The notes under the pieces: generated by a model
The model's input: only the letters and a program-made list of their open reading frames with translations
What the model was told of the DNA's origin: nothing
The model's database searches: none
Program-made: the position numbers and the translations under genes
In this document: positions 24,250-39,116 of the stretch, piece after piece
How the letters are laid out: the number at the start of each line of letters is the position of its first letter
How positions within the stretch are numbered: the first letter of the stretch is position 1
Origin: Nageia nagi
Lineage: Eukaryota > Plantae > Pinophyta
Assembly (NCBI GenBank): GCA_050084985.1
Contig: JBITNC010000001.1
Coordinates: 212,784,001 to 212,848,000 of the forward strand
Length of the DNA stretch: 64,000 bases
Direction: 5' to 3'

Positions 24250-26030
24250 GGTAAACCCATGTCTACAATAGCCTTAGAGAAGGCTTGAGGATGGAGGAAA
24301 TGGACCATGAGGATGACATCCTCATACGATTAGGACTTAACAACTTAGCCATCACTAGAAACATATAACATGACCTGCCTCTCCTCATGACCCTAGTGGA
24401 AAGATGGGATCTAGATACCAACTCATTTCACTTGCCCCCAAGTGAGATGACCGTCACCTTATTAGATGTTTACAAGATATGGGGCTTGCTAATCCAAGGT
24501 CATTTTGTTCATCATGCCAATGTTTTAGAAAACAATGAGAGGTAGAAGCTTTCATTATGGTTAATGAGTGATGAAGATCATGACTAAGTGTACAGGGCTA
24601 CCCATCTATCTGAGGCATGTAAATTAGCCTCTCTCAATAGACATTTGAGGCTTCTTACCACCTCAATTATATGCACATACTTATATTTGAATAAGAGTAG
24701 CTCATATTTTCCTCTTGGTATGGTATGGGTGGTGTAGGATACATGTGATAGGAGCACATGGTTTGCTTGGGCACCCCTTGTCTTAGACCAACTTTATATT
24801 CATCTCCATAATTTTGGGAGTGTTCATAAATTCAACATCATGATTGCTCACATTGACCTTCTACAGGTGTGGTCATATGAAAAGATAGCAGTGATTTGGC
24901 CTGTTAGACTGTAGAGTGAGAGAGAGGACCCCATGAATATTATGCTTACATGTTGGGTATCAAGACTACATGCGTATAGGTACCCATATTCTCTAGAGGA
25001 TCAAAGATGAGAGATCAACCAACTTCATCCTAAGGGACTGTTATGAGTTTCAAATGCTAACATTTTTTAGGAGGAGGATGCCCATTAGCTTACCTAGATG
25101 AGGTAACCTTTCTTTCTCCAAACTTGGAGGAAGCTAGTGGAGCCATACCTACTACAATGGGTACTTAGGTAGTTTAGGATCCGCCCGAGTATACCACCTA
25201 CCCCAGTGTTCTATATGTGGTAGCGAATCGAGTGAGATGCCCCACTAGGGGAAAATATTATGCCAAGATGGTAGATTACCTAGGAGGAGCCCAAGACATT
25301 AGAAGAAACAAAGGAGACATCCATGGCTCCTGGTATTATGAGGGGTTTCTTGGCTTGGTTGGATACAATTCATCCAGCCCCATTGGGCATGGACTAGGAT
25401 GACGATGAGGAGGACATGGAGATGGCATCAACATAAAAGGGGTCTTCAAGATGAGGACCTACAACATGTGGATAATCATATGCATGATATCCACATGCAA
25501 GGAGAGACCACCATCCCAACACTAAGATTGGCAACCTTGGTTGAGGCCATGCCATTAGTGGTAGCAGGTAACAACCTATATCATACTCATTAGTTTTTTT
25601 CACTTTTGATGTCTTTGATTAATGTAAACAAAAACTAACTTAAGACCTTTATGGGTTCCATAGGAGAGGCTACCACTCAAATTAGAACTTTGGAGGCTAA
25701 GATCAAGAGATAAAACTTTTTAACATGAGGGTTCCTAATTTAGAGGCACAACTAGCCACTCTACAAGCAACCCTCATAGCATGGGATGAATAAATAGCCT
25801 CCATGGACCAGTACATAAAGAGGCTATAGGAGAGGGTCGACATGCCCCCCCCAATGAGCAATTGGCCCTAATTCGACAACTTATGGACCAAGGAGAGAAA
25901 CTTAGGGGGAAATATGAGAGGGTTAAGGGAATCTTAGGATCTCATGGCATTAATACTAGTGAGGTACAAGTGGCATTTCCATTTTGGAACATAGTAGTGG
26001 GTCTAATAGGGCTTCTAGATGTAGTGATGT
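24250..26030 (+). pseudogene. Plant mobile domain (PMD, MAIN/MAIL-like) ORF remnant with coiled-coil-like tail, antisense to gag
   Basis: LLMTLVERWDLDTNSFHLPPSEMTVTLLDVYKIWGLLIQG (~24380-24500), WFAWA (~24760) and LLQVWSYEKI (~24860) match PMD hallmark motifs. Many stops. Confidence 0.85.
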
Positions 26031-26949
26031 AGAGAGTAGTGGTAGTGTGTACATCACTAATATGTATTTTGAGATATGAATCCACCCCATTTTGGGTTAT
26101 ATATATATATGATTATTTTTTACTCTAAATTTTATGTATAATTGTGAATGTATATTTAGTTTTGCATGTTTTACTTTAGATGTATGGTTTACTTTATTTC
26201 ATAATTAGAATCTTAAATTACAAAATACAAGTTTTAACAATCAATCAACAAGCCATATACCCCATTGCACACTTTTATTTGAAATTTGATAAAAAAAAAT
26301 TGATACAACCTATGAAATGAACATTACGAACAAACCCAAAGCATAATGAGATTCAATTTTACTATTTAAGTCAAAACTCAAGAACAAATGGAACATAAAC
26401 AATCATTTCCCATTTTCAAGTAATCATGAACCTAAGAAAGTTTTTCTTTACTAACGAATGCAAAATTTAATTACACCCTCCCAAAATAGCTCAACATATG
26501 ATAAGGAATCATGAAATACTATTGTTTTTAATTTTGGTCTAGGAAAGGCACACTATTAATGGTGCAAAAATAGTTGCACATCATCAGCAACATGGGTTTT
26601 GATAATTTGGAAAGAAAAATATATAACAAACTTTTTCATAACTTACATAGAAAGCTAATAAAATGATGAAACATACGCATTCCCCCCTTCCAATGAAATA
26701 ACCTACTTATCATACACTACTATTTGAAAATTTTCCACTTTAAGAAATAATTTTATGTACATGGGAAGGTTTTACAACCCATATATAGTTTACATATGCA
26801 TGCATAAAAATAGGTGCCTTGCTGGTAGTGTAACTCATGTTGTTGATTGTGTGAAAATATTCTTGCATGTTGTTAGTAGTGTTCATCCTATAAGCTCTGA
26901 CATGAGGTTTTGTATTCTCTCCACTAGAACCTTTTGCTTACTTATTGCC

Positions 26950-29090
26950 ATTGTCCCTTGCATTCATACCTTTTAGGGAAATAATATTTCATATAAATGT
27001 GAAGTATTTACTGAACCAATGAAGTGTTTTGGTTGCTGAGTTATTCTTGGTAAAGGGTTTGTAAATATATCCAACTATCCATTATCAGGATGTACAGGCC
27101 CTTCTTTTGCTTCAATATTATCATCCATCCAAATCGATTTTTTGTAAATAAAATTTTGAATGATATTCCTTAAAACTATGCAATTTCTTGTTAGGTTCCC
27201 TGGTGTCCTATGATAATTGCAAAATTCTTCATATCTATAATTTTTTGGAACACCATTAAGAAAGTGATGTTGAACCATTGGTGGAAGCTCAATAAGTTCT
27301 TTTTTTTAGTAACACATTAAGAATATTATCAACAATATTAGTTAGCTTTATAAACCTCCTTTGTGGTCTATTTTTTGTTCTTATCAACATTAGTTATAAC
27401 AACTTTAGTTTTGTTTGCATACACTTGAGATTTCTTTTCATTCACTTGAGGTTTGTCTTTTATTTCATACACTTGAGGTTTTTGATAATATTTCTTATAA
27501 GTTTAGTTAATACAATCTTCTTTTTAAAGCAAAATATCTATCATTTCAGCTAATGTCAATCCATGATTAGAGATAACCAACAATTTATAATATAGGCAAT
27601 AAAGCATTTGTGAAAGTATCCTTTAAATCTTGCTCAAGCATAGAGATTTTATTTGCACTTTGTTTCCATGCTTTCACAAAATCAACCAAAGGTTGGTTAG
27701 GCAATTGCTTTATTTTACACAAATCTTTGAATTGAACTTTTTTTGTGATATTATACTTAAAGTTTTTCAAGAATTTATATATTAAGTCTTCATACTTATC
27801 AATTCTCTTTTCACAAAGACTAAAATACCATTTTAATGCATAATCCTTTAAGCTACTTGAAAATGATTTTGCAATAATATCTCTATCATGAACATATTCT
27901 ATAGCTTTCTCTTGAAATTTTCTAACATGCATTTTGGGATCTTACAAACCATCAAATTTTATAAATTTAATACTCTTTTTACTAACAAGCAATTTAGAAA
28001 TAATTCTATCAATCAATGGACTCTTTAAACAAAATAAGAAATTATTTTCACCATTATTAAGCAATTATTTTTCTAATTTTTCAATTGTTTCATCCATTAT
28101 TTTCCCTGTATTTGGCACTATAGGAGGTTGTTTTGGTTGTTGGTTTTTGCATTACAAGTATATTAGTCTCTGGGGTTGGTGGTGGGGCTAGAGATGGTAC
28201 ATTGGTATTTTGAGAGAGTGGTTTATTTGCTATTTCCCTTCTAAGTTCATCCTCTTTAAGTAGTAAAAATGGTCCAATTTTATGTATTCTTTCATGTTCA
28301 AGTTTATCAACCAATTCTAGCATAAACACTAGTTGTTGTTTCTCATTAGCTTTTTGAAAATAATCAATTTCTTGAGCATCTAAAATAGCATCCACTTTGA
28401 TCTCATACGCTACATTGGACCAACCAAGGTTATATTTATAAGCATTATTAACTACTAAAGAAAGTTGTTTAATAATATCTACTACAGTTTCATCATTAAC
28501 CAACCTACCCTTACCTTTATCCTTATTAGATGTTTTAGGAAGTGCACCTAGATTATTATATACCAAATGCTCATATTCTACTTCACTTTACTCATTAACA
28601 TCTTCGATGAACACCTTGTTCTAGGGTCAATATCCTTTGCATCCACACTATCATTGGTGTGTGTACAGTCCATGTTGTTACCGATGTTCTTCTTAGCAGT
28701 AGAAGCTCTTCATTTTGTGAACCCTACATTTTCATAAGAAAACAAACTATTTGAGGATTGTGATGTTGCTGAATCTACTTCTAACAACTCATAATTTGTT
28801 AAGTTATAGATATAACCTTTTCAAAATTATTAGTAAGATAATATTCTAATTTTTATTTATTATATATCAATTCCTTCATTGATCTAACATAGCTAGGAAT
28901 TCTATCTAATTCTTTAATTTCAACATTACTATCAGAAGTATCATCATGGCTTCCCAGACTTATATTTTTAAAATCATAATCATCTATACACGTGAAATTT
29001 ATTACGAGTTTATCTGATAATATCCATGCTTTTGCTAGAATTTGTAGATTAAGTATCATTTTCCTCAATAGTATCCATTCTATCATTGGA
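26950..29090 (-). pseudogene. gag: Decayed Tat/Ogre-type gag
   Basis: FSSSLKDYALKWYFSL retrotransposon-gag motif (27585..27932) and knuckle FCNYHRTPGNLTRNC (27075..27278; cf. CxxHxxxGHxxxxC). Confidence 0.8.
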
Positions 29091-29364
29091 AACTAGCTCT
29101 TGCATAGGTAGATTAGGGTTTACCCTAATACTTCTTTAGATCTCATTAAAATGGACCTTACTTCTAGAAACCTTAGGTTATTCTTCATTCAAATTTAGCT
29201 TTAGAATATAGGCAAAATAAATCCTAGTTTTATCATTTTATTTAGTTATTACTCTAAGCACTTTAGGTAAGGGAAGAGATAATAACACAAATGGATTCAT
29301 AACTCCTAAAAAGATATGCCCTAGAAGAGGATCTACATGTGTAAGAATGTTAGATTTACCAAAA

Positions 29365-30034
29365 TGTAGACCTCAAATGGTGCAAAATATAAATATGTAC
29401 ATAATAAATAAATAGATCTATAATATAAGAGGAAATATATATTGACACTATATCAAATTATAATAAATATACATGAAATACATGAACCTGATATGAAGTG
29501 TATGTACAATCCTCAATAACAAATTGATCTTTAGAGGATTGAGATCGAATTTATGGTGAGTCCATAGTGGATATTTGTGTACAATATGCATGTCACTGAT
29601 GGTGTAGAATATGCAAAATTATGATATGAACCAAAGATAGAAAGTTTTAGAGCTCAGAGTATAACAATTTCTCATAATAGGTGGCATCAAAAGACATTGT
29701 AGTTTGATGAAGATTACGGCAGACAATCACCTATCATAGATCTTATCATATTAAAGAGTTTCAATATGTGGAGGTCAACCTATTCCACTTGCATATATAG
29801 CCTGCAAAAACATAGAAGGGAGTGAAGGCCAACCTCTAGCAATAATATAAAATTTGTTATATTCAAGATACTTTAAAATATAAACCATGATAAATGATAT
29901 AATATTTAATATAACACATGACATTGCATTGTAATATCAATTTTATCTTGACATTTGTAATATTGCATTAAGTCATTTAGGAAGTATAAATATGATTTAT
30001 TAAATAAATAATAAATCATTTTTAGGCATCTACA
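29365..30034 (-). repeat. 5' LTR of element 21721-30034
   Basis: TGTAGACCTC...GGCATCTACA, adjacent to a degenerate PBS (minus strand TTTTGGTAAATC...). Confidence 0.88.
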
Positions 30035-30479
30035 TTATCCTTTTGAATATTTTATCATTCTATTGAGCTAAGCTATTTTAACCAAGGATAGATCTAATGT
30101 TGAGCATATTAGTAGAAACTAGAGAGATTAAAATACTTAGCAATAGTTATTATATCTATCTACTAGGCACTTAACTTTCTTATTATAAGGGGCTTATGGA
30201 TAATGGTAGAATATTCCTTTAATTTATGCCATAGTGGGTTATGATCCTAGATATGATAATAGCTAATGTGATGGGGGAAAATTCATATTATCCTAAAGCT
30301 TTCAAAATATGGAAGGTTAATTTAAAGCTAAGAATAAGGGTTTACAAGGCTATTATGGAATTTTTGTCAAGGTAATTTTATAAAAATGGGGGATATTAGA
30401 ATTTTTAAATTAAATTTAGAAAATCATAACAATCACCTCTTACATTTTGTTCACTCATGCTGTTTCTCTTTCCTAAACT

Positions 30480-32300
30480 AGATCTAGACCTAGATTTGGA
30501 CATACTTGGGCATTTGGAACCCATTCCTTTTTCTAAAAAAAATAATTGGTCATTTAGGTATTAATTCCTTGTAGATATTTTTTTATTCTTGATAGTATAC
30601 TTTGATATTTCTTGCATGATACCAAGCATATTATTCTTCTTATCTACATATAAAACATTAACCATATCATTTATGAATTTCTTTTGTACTTCTAATTATT
30701 CTTTTATATTTTCCAACTCTTCATATTTTGATGTAACTTCTTCATCCTTTGCTTTAATTATTCTGTATTTATTAATAAGAAATGTCTTTAATTCAGCTAG
30801 TTCCTCTTTATTTATTTTTATCAAATTCTTCTTGCAAAGCATCAAATTTATCATTTATCTTAGTTACACATAGAAGTAAAGGAAAAATGTTAGAAAGATG
30901 GGATTTGTATGTATATATGATTGGAAAAGTAATATTTTCTAGGAAGGTATTTATTGACCTCATCAATATGATCATTAGGATTGGAAAGTGGGATGGAAAC
31001 CAAGGTATTAGTACCCTCTACATCCTTTATTGAGGTCTCCATAATATTTATGAATGAGGCATCCTCCTCATCACTTCTTGTAGTTGGGGTATCCTCCTCA
31101 TCACCTTATTCCTCCCCATCATCACTCTCTTCCTTTATAGTAATTAACCTCAATCTCCTCATAATCATATAAGCTAAGATAATTTAGATGATGCTCACTC
31201 CACCATGCAATGTACACATTAGAAAAATCCATCATAATGGAATCATTATTGGTATATGATCCTAAACCATCATCATATGGAGGAGATTAATTCATGTTCC
31301 AATGAGGCACTACCTCATACTCAACAAAATATAGTACTCTCCTCACTCACACCTGGATCGCAATATGACATGGAGGTTGTATGGCTTTCCCTTGATCAAA
31401 TTAAGGCATAACTCAATGGGGCCTATATGGTTTGATAAATGCCTTCCTTATTTGAAGATAATAAGGAGTGTATTTCCAACTCAACTTATATTCTCTCTCA
31501 TCCCATGATGAACATACATATGGTCTATATGTCACATTGTTAAGTACTAAAGAATCAATGAACTTCTGCCATTGCTCCAAACTAGTATGAACTTAAGACA
31601 CTATATGGTGGATAAACCAAGAAAATAAATCAAGAAGATTATCATCTATCACATCTAAAGCTAAATCAAGAGATCAAAAGACAATAATATGTTTATAAGC
31701 CCAACATTGAAGAATAAAATAATTAGCAACCTCATTCCCATTTTTCAGTACCATTACAAATTTATACAAATTATGGTATATCTATGTAAGAATACATGGT
31801 GTCCATATAAAATTTTCAACTTTTACCATCCCCTTCACCACATGCACTAAGGAACAAGAAAATATTTAATGGTTTTTATCAAGGTATATGATGACATTGC
31901 TATAATTAACCTTAGATACCTTTTATGAGTAGGTCTTTACTAAATGACTCTATGAATGAAAGCACCCTTATTAGTGCTATGGAAATCCTTATAATTATTT
32001 AAACACTTTGATACTTGATCCATAATGATAGTAATAAGATTTTCCTTCATGTAGATGTAACTTTCCTTTATAAATACCTTGATAATATGATGAATATCCT
32101 CTAAGGTGATAGTGATCTCATTGGTAGGTGAATGAAAGGTGTTATTATCAATTCTCAAACAATGTTGTAAGTATTTACATATCCACATGAATATAGGGAG
32201 CCTAAAATAAATAACCAACCCTTACACTTCATAACAAAGCAAGCTCATCAAGGCTCAATCCCCAAACCAGGTCTTGGTTTTCCATTAAATCCTACTTTGT
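30480..32300 (-). pseudogene. Second PMD ORF remnant, probably the accessory ORF of another truncated Tat-like element
   Basis: DNNTFHSPTNEITITLEDIHHII (31940..32218), WAYKHI (~31690), an acidic stretch (~31060-31140) and a coiled-coil-like tail. Confidence 0.72.
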
Positions 32301-33399
32301 GGCTTTATAATAGTAAGATGAGATTGAGCTTAGAAGAATCAAAGAACAACATGTTAGTATGTGTGTTTATAGAATATAATTTTTATTTTTTCAATAAAGC
32401 AAATTCTTTAATGCATAATCTATAAGTTTATTATCCTATAATGTTAGCTCTGGGAAGCTATGCATCCTTGCATTAACATTAGTAGTCTTCCAATAAAACC
32501 TAATAAAATTTATAATGTTTTGTCTATGCATTGAATCCATATTGAAAAATAAGTTTTAATTATAAATATAGACTTTAAAAGCAAAAATGACCTAAACCTA
32601 TGTTAAATCCCCATTTAATCATAAATCATGATTTAATCTTTTTTTTTTCAAATAAATATTAAATTTACCATTAAATGATGCATAAAATTTAAAATTGGGA
32701 CATTAGGAACCCACCACATATGTAGAATTGAGGTTTATTCAAAGTAGCCAAGCCTGATGACCAACTTGCTATGAACTTCTTATATTCATGGTTCAAATTT
32801 ACATACAATCATAATATCAATCCCTTAAAACCTCTTGAATCCCTCATAACACTACAAAAAAATGGTTTTCAAACATTAGGAATAATGTAAAATTATTTTT
32901 GTTTTGATTTCTAATGTTATCTTTTTCAAGCCTTGTTAGGCCTCTTTAGGGCTTTGATTTTAGTTTTTTTTTTTGCTTTTTGATGTTAGTCCTGACATTA
33001 TATATGACAAAAATATCAATGCAAATTTTTTGATTTTGATGATGTTGTTATTGATGACATGTATAACATAATATTTTTTAATTTCTTGATGGTATGTATA
33101 GCGGTAATTTAAAATTTTATGATATGTAGATGATGGAATATCATCTCCATGCATCCCAAAACCAACAAAATTAGTTGAAAATATTAAAACTCTAAATTCA
33201 TCCAACTTAAGCACCACTTTTTGATCATAAAGTGAACCCATGTTTTTGCACACATCCACATATGTTTTAATTAGCATCTTTTATAAATTGTCAGATGCAT
33301 AGAAAACCTTTCAATGTCTATAAAATATAAATGATATAAATAATTTAATTATCATAATATTAATAAAAATATAAAACACTTTTATGAATTATTTAATTA

Positions 33400-36300
33400 T
33401 CATTGATATCATCTTCATCATTAGAAAATACAATATGTTTTCCTCTAGGATCAATATTAATTACAAACCACATTGTATCATCATCTACATATGGACAAAA
33501 AATACTTGACCATAATGTTGTGGTAAAACATAAGGTTCTTTATCTTCAATTAAATATTTTCTGGAGTTGATTGCAAAGTATTCACTATTGTCATCATGTA
33601 AGATTGTTCTTATATCAAGTGTGTCAAACTATTTACATCTAAGTACTACACATTAGAATGACTTATAATTCAATTCAATAATTTGTAGATTTTTTCTAAT
33701 ATATTGTAATGTTCCTTCTATCAAGTTTTTATCTTTTTTAGTTGCATGACTTGCTTGGTCAAAATCAACCATCACTCCATAGTCAAATATAACTCTATTT
33801 TGATCAATCTTTTCAATTCTAAAGTGTTGACCAAATGCCCACATTGAATAGAAAGTCAATACCTACAAATATTTATATAAAAAATATTATTAGTGCAATT
33901 ATTATATTTATATAAACTATCATGTTCTTATAAAAATAAAAAAATTAAATGCATATAAATAAATTAATAATAATTATATTTTGATTGCATCCAATGGCTG
34001 TATTTTGAACATCTTCATTTATATTTTCATCTTCTTGTCTTTCTTTCTCATTAATTGCTTCCCTCAACCATGACCTTGGAAATTCTATTGGCCAATTTTT
34101 ATCTCTTAGCTATGTAGTTATAGGTACATTCTTTTGCAAGTCTATTTCTTTTACTTTTGTACAATTTAATCCACTCCTTGCAACATTCCATAATCATCAT
34201 GACAAATTGGTTTATAGATTCAAACTTGTGATAATCTGTAAAATCACAATGACACAATATACATCCATTAGTAACCATTGATTAAATTAAGTCAAAAATT
34301 CATGTTATACATATTATTATAAATTAGTAATATATTTAATATTCTTAGTACCTTTAATATTATAATTTATCCTATTATATTCCAAAATCTCTCCTTCAAA
34401 TTTTTCTATATCTTTGTCTACTTGCCACATGTTTGGTGCAAAAGGGTGGATTGGGGAAATATACTCATATGCATAACAAAAGATTATTTTACAATTTATC
34501 CTTCACCAATTGATCCTTATAGTCATGATTTTTGTTCAATAAATGATTTTAATACATTTAAAAATCTCTCCACAAAAAATGTGCTTCTAGTACTTATAAC
34601 ACTTGCTATTTTTATATCATCTACTAGGTGGATCAATATGTGCACTTATATATCCATAAAAGTAATAAGAATTTTGTTTTAAAAAGTACAAACAATTTTA
34701 AAACTTCTTTGCACCATCTAAGTATTTTGCTCACATGTATCTCCTTTCCAGTTATCCACCTATTGATAAAAATATAATATCATCAAATGTATGCAAAAAT
34801 GATAGAAAAATTAAAAAAGAATAATAATTAAACACATGATATTTTTCATAGAGCAGTAGTACCATAACATGACATACCTTAGAAATATTGATAGTTGACC
34901 AATTGCCTTTTTTAGATATGGAGGTAAATTCCTACATCCATGAATTGAAAGTGGAAAAATATGTTGTACATAAAATTATGTATTGTGCAAGTAGTATTAA
35001 TCATTATATTTTGAAAAAAAATATATTTATACTAAAAAATTAATTTCTATAAACATAAAATATGAGATTACCTTTAAGAAGTTATGGTAATCATGAGATT
35101 TTAAATATGTTATTCTACCATCAGTAGTGAATGATTTTCTTAGAGTTGATCCATAATGAGTTGGTGTTGTAATATTTTTAATAATATTATGTATCATGTT
35201 CACTTCTTCTTTAGATATTATCAATGGTAAATGAGTGGGTGCTTTAATAATTCTATATGATATCCATAAAGCACAATTTATGTTGGTGTCTCTTAAATCA
35301 TTTCTTGCATTAACAATATCCAATTCTATAGTTGTTGTATACTAATATAAACAAGATGCAACATTCTTTACAATGTACATAGAATACATTAAATGTGCCA
35401 CTAATAAGTGCTTCCAATATGAAAGTTTATAAAATATTGATAATCTTTTCATACCTACAAAATATGTATAAAGTCAATCATTTAATTAGTAAAGTAATGA
35501 AATTGAAATATTATAAACGTGTTTTTTTATAATAACTAAACATAATGATATATTTTGTTAAAAACCATCTTTTGGTAAATCATCTTCACCAATAATAAAA
35601 TCATCTGGGTCTTCATGCCATTGTTACTCATCAAATCCTCCCCAACATATGTCTTCACTTTTTTGGTACTTTTCCCACCAATAAATAAGAATTGCATAAT
35701 TGATATTGGGGTTGTAATCAAACTCACTATCAAACTGTGATGAATTATGCTCATGAAATTCATGATCTATTAGCAAATATTTTCTATTTCCAAGGTATTC
35801 CATCTCCTCATGGCACTTGAATACCTTGCTTTGAGATTTTCTCCACACCATGGGCAAGCATGATAACCTTTTGTTTGAAGGCCTATAAAAAAAATTATTT
35901 AAGAAAGAATTATAATTAGGTAAGATAAAATCAAATATTTACAATGAGGATGATTTACTATACATTACATATGTAATAAATGTTATACATAATATATATA
36001 CCTGAATAAATAGTAAGACTTGGAAAGTTATGTATAGTCCAACATAGTATGCCACGTAGTGTGAATGACCTTTGTTGGATAGGTTTACTTATATCAATCA
36101 CACTATGAATTCCATTCCATAATTGCATCAATTCATCAATTAATGGTTCAAGGTATACATCCATATTTTTCACTGAATATTTTCTAGGAACTATAAGAGT
36201 CAACATCAACTGTTTATTTTTTTTATAAACATCCATGAAGGTAAGTTATAATTAACTATAATAATAGGCCACAATGAATAATTAGATAATTGTATGAAAA

Positions 36301-37240
36301 ATGGATTAACACCGTCAATTTCTAAACCCAATCTGACACCCTAAGTTCATGAAAAAATTTATATGGCCATGTATCCTTTATATGTCTCATTGCTCTACTA
36401 TTTGCAGGAATGTGTAATACATCATATGTACTTCTATGTTTTTCATACCAATCCATATAATGTGCAAGTGACTTACAATGAAATATTCGAATCAACCTAT
36501 GAATGATTGGAATTTGGTAGATAACCTTTTGAGTAATGATTTTCCCTTTTATTCCTTATCAGTATCTATTTGCACCACACTTTGGACATGTACTTAAAGT
36601 TGCATATGGTCCTACATACAATATGCAATCATTAATAAAAGCATGGTATGAATAAAAATCTACACCTACAGCCTTCAAAATTTTACATGTCTTTTTGCAT
36701 GAAGTAGGGAGGACATTATCATTTGGAAGAACCTTCTCTTTTAGTAACATATAATACCACAAATAATAATAAAATTGTTATATGAAATTATATAATATAT
36801 TAAATATCATTATGCTTTATATATTAGATGTTAAAAAAATATAAAACAATTAGAATGTTAATGGAAAATAAAAAATTACATCCTCAAGAAGATTAGTGAA
36901 ACTTCTATCTGACCATCCATGTTTGGCTTTTAAATTAATCAAAAGTAGGGTTATTAATAACATGTTCAAATGTGCTCCTTTATATAGAAGGGTTTTGGAA
37001 GCACTATAAAAGTTGTATTTTTCAAAGAAATCATCATCACATGTATGATGGGAATCATATAAATAGAATGTCAACTCAATCAATCATTCAATACATTTTG
37101 TTCTTGATGATCATTAATATCCTTTATTTCTTCACAATTATCATCATCATTATCTATATCAATGAATATATGAACAAGAGCTATTGGATTTTGGTTTGTC
37201 AAGAAATGTGTATAATCCTTAGCACTTACAAATGATCTTG
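33400..37240 (-). pseudogene. CACTA TnpD/Tnp2-type transposase, intron-containing and decayed
   Basis: In order: LKAKHGWSDRSFTNLL; YHAFINDCILY..CPKCGANRY; NMDVYLEPLIDELMQLWNG..LRGILCWTIHNFP (Transposase_21-like); LKSHDYH; DYGVMVDFDQAS (DUF4216-like). AT-rich introns separate the blocks. Confidence 0.9.
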
Positions 37241-38195
37241 AGTAATGGTCATGACTATATGGTAATTTCTAATGTGGCTATCAATGAATTAGTTATTACA
37301 AATCATTAACAAATATATCATAATTTAAAAGTAAATTGTAATATTATTTTCTCACAAGTGTAATATATATCAATTTTTTCAAGGTGTGGTTACAAGTTTA
37401 TCATAATATCACTTATTATTAGGTGAATAAATGCATTACATTTTCAAGCTATAATAATATTTGCTAAGGAAAAATCATCAAATATCCATGATTATGTCAT
37501 TGTTTACAATATCCAACAAGTAACTATCAATAACTTTAACAATAACAACACTTCCAATAGTTTTGTAGATATAAGATAACATATTTTAAGAATTCATTAG
37601 AGTAACAAAGAATGTAATAATTTCCTACTATAATATTATTCAATTATTACTAGAACAAGTTGCTTTATCTCGATCCTTTGGTCCTGGTTTAATTACTACG
37701 TTTAGATCTCCTAACTCCAAACATTTCTTACATAGAGGAATAAGTCTTCTAAAACTGTAGTATACTAATAGGTAATATCCAAGTTTAAGATTTGCAATAG
37801 GAACAACACACATAATTTTTTTCTTTTTTACTCATGAATTCTTCTTTGTCATGTGGAAATTCATGAAATTCATAATTTTCTAGAAATTTGCTACCTTTGG
37901 AATTCTTTCTGTATCTTGCAATATTTCCATGTAGCCTAGGTTGACCATCAATGTAATTATGATCATTACCTTTAAGTGTTGAAGAATTTCTATACATGCC
38001 ATATGTAAACATACTGAACAAAGAATATGTTAATCTTATCCATTCTTGATGAGTGTAAGTTGGCCATAAAATGGCATCAATGGTGGACTTATTATACCTA
38101 TATGAACTTTCACTGGTGATAATATGTGTAAGTCCATACCACCATTCCATAAAATTTCAAAAGGTTTGATTAAGAATGATTTACCACACTAAATG

Positions 38196-38981
38196 TGTTA
38201 ACACCTAAAAGTGGTCCCCTTAAAACATTCCCACTTAGGTGCAACTTTACATACATATTTAATCACATTGCAATTATATTTTACTTTATTATCACATGTT
38301 TCTTAGGTTATGTTCTTATTTTTATATTAGGTAGATCGAGATGACTTCAACCAATATTCAAAGGGTAAAATGATGATATTACACCTGATATAAATGTAAG
38401 CATCTCTAACCTAGGGAAAGCATGTCAAGATTACATCTTGATAGTTGGTATCCTACACTTAGGTGTTTCTAAGTGCTACCTATTGAGATTGGAATCTTGT
38501 TACCACTCAAGGATATATATATTATCCACTTTCATGATCATATGCTCAGTTCAACTTATCATCATCTCTACTATCATTGATATTTATTGGCAAACCTCAT
38601 TCTTCAGGAATGTTCATGCCTATGGTAGCATTTATGCTCACATTAAGCTCTTAGAGATTGGCACCTATGCTAGTATTTCTTTTGTAGTTAGCCTTAGGGT
38701 TCACACAACAAGGTCACTACTTTTCAATAAGTTCATTCTTCATATCCTTGACTTTAACATAGGTACTTATCTTTCACTTGATTCCTTTCTTTTTAGTGCA
38801 TGTAATTTGTTTTACATATTAACATCAATGTTATCTTGATATTTTATTAATGCATTGTTATATTCCCCTATTCATGTATATTTATTTGAGTTAATTAGCT
38901 TGAATAAATTATATAGTAAATATTTGTGTATTTAGTTCATTTAGAGTAAAACCCTAGGTGATACCAAAATACATATCAACA
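38196..38981 (+). repeat. 5' LTR of the Tat/Ogre element
   Basis: TGTTAACACC...ATATCAACA; aligns with 54596-55456; followed by a degenerate TGG-starting PBS. Confidence 0.9.
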
Positions 38982-39116
38982 TATTGGTACCCTCCTTCTA
39001 TAGCATTTTATTTCTCTTAATTAGGGTTAGAATATAAGTGCTCTCGAACCTACCCATGTTTTTACATTAAGAACCCTAGTGTTCTTGATGGTATTTGATC
39101 AAATGATTTTATTAGT

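Larger units (their letters stand above)
21721..30034 (-). mobile_element. Non-autonomous Tat/Ogre-like Ty3/gypsy element: gag only plus antisense PMD ORF
   Basis: Two ~0.7-kb LTRs, flanks TTGTC / TTATC (4/5 TSD), PPT AAAGAGGGGCAAAC on minus next to the left LTR, gag remnants on minus and PMD on plus. No PR/RT/INT motifs seen. Confidence 0.85.
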
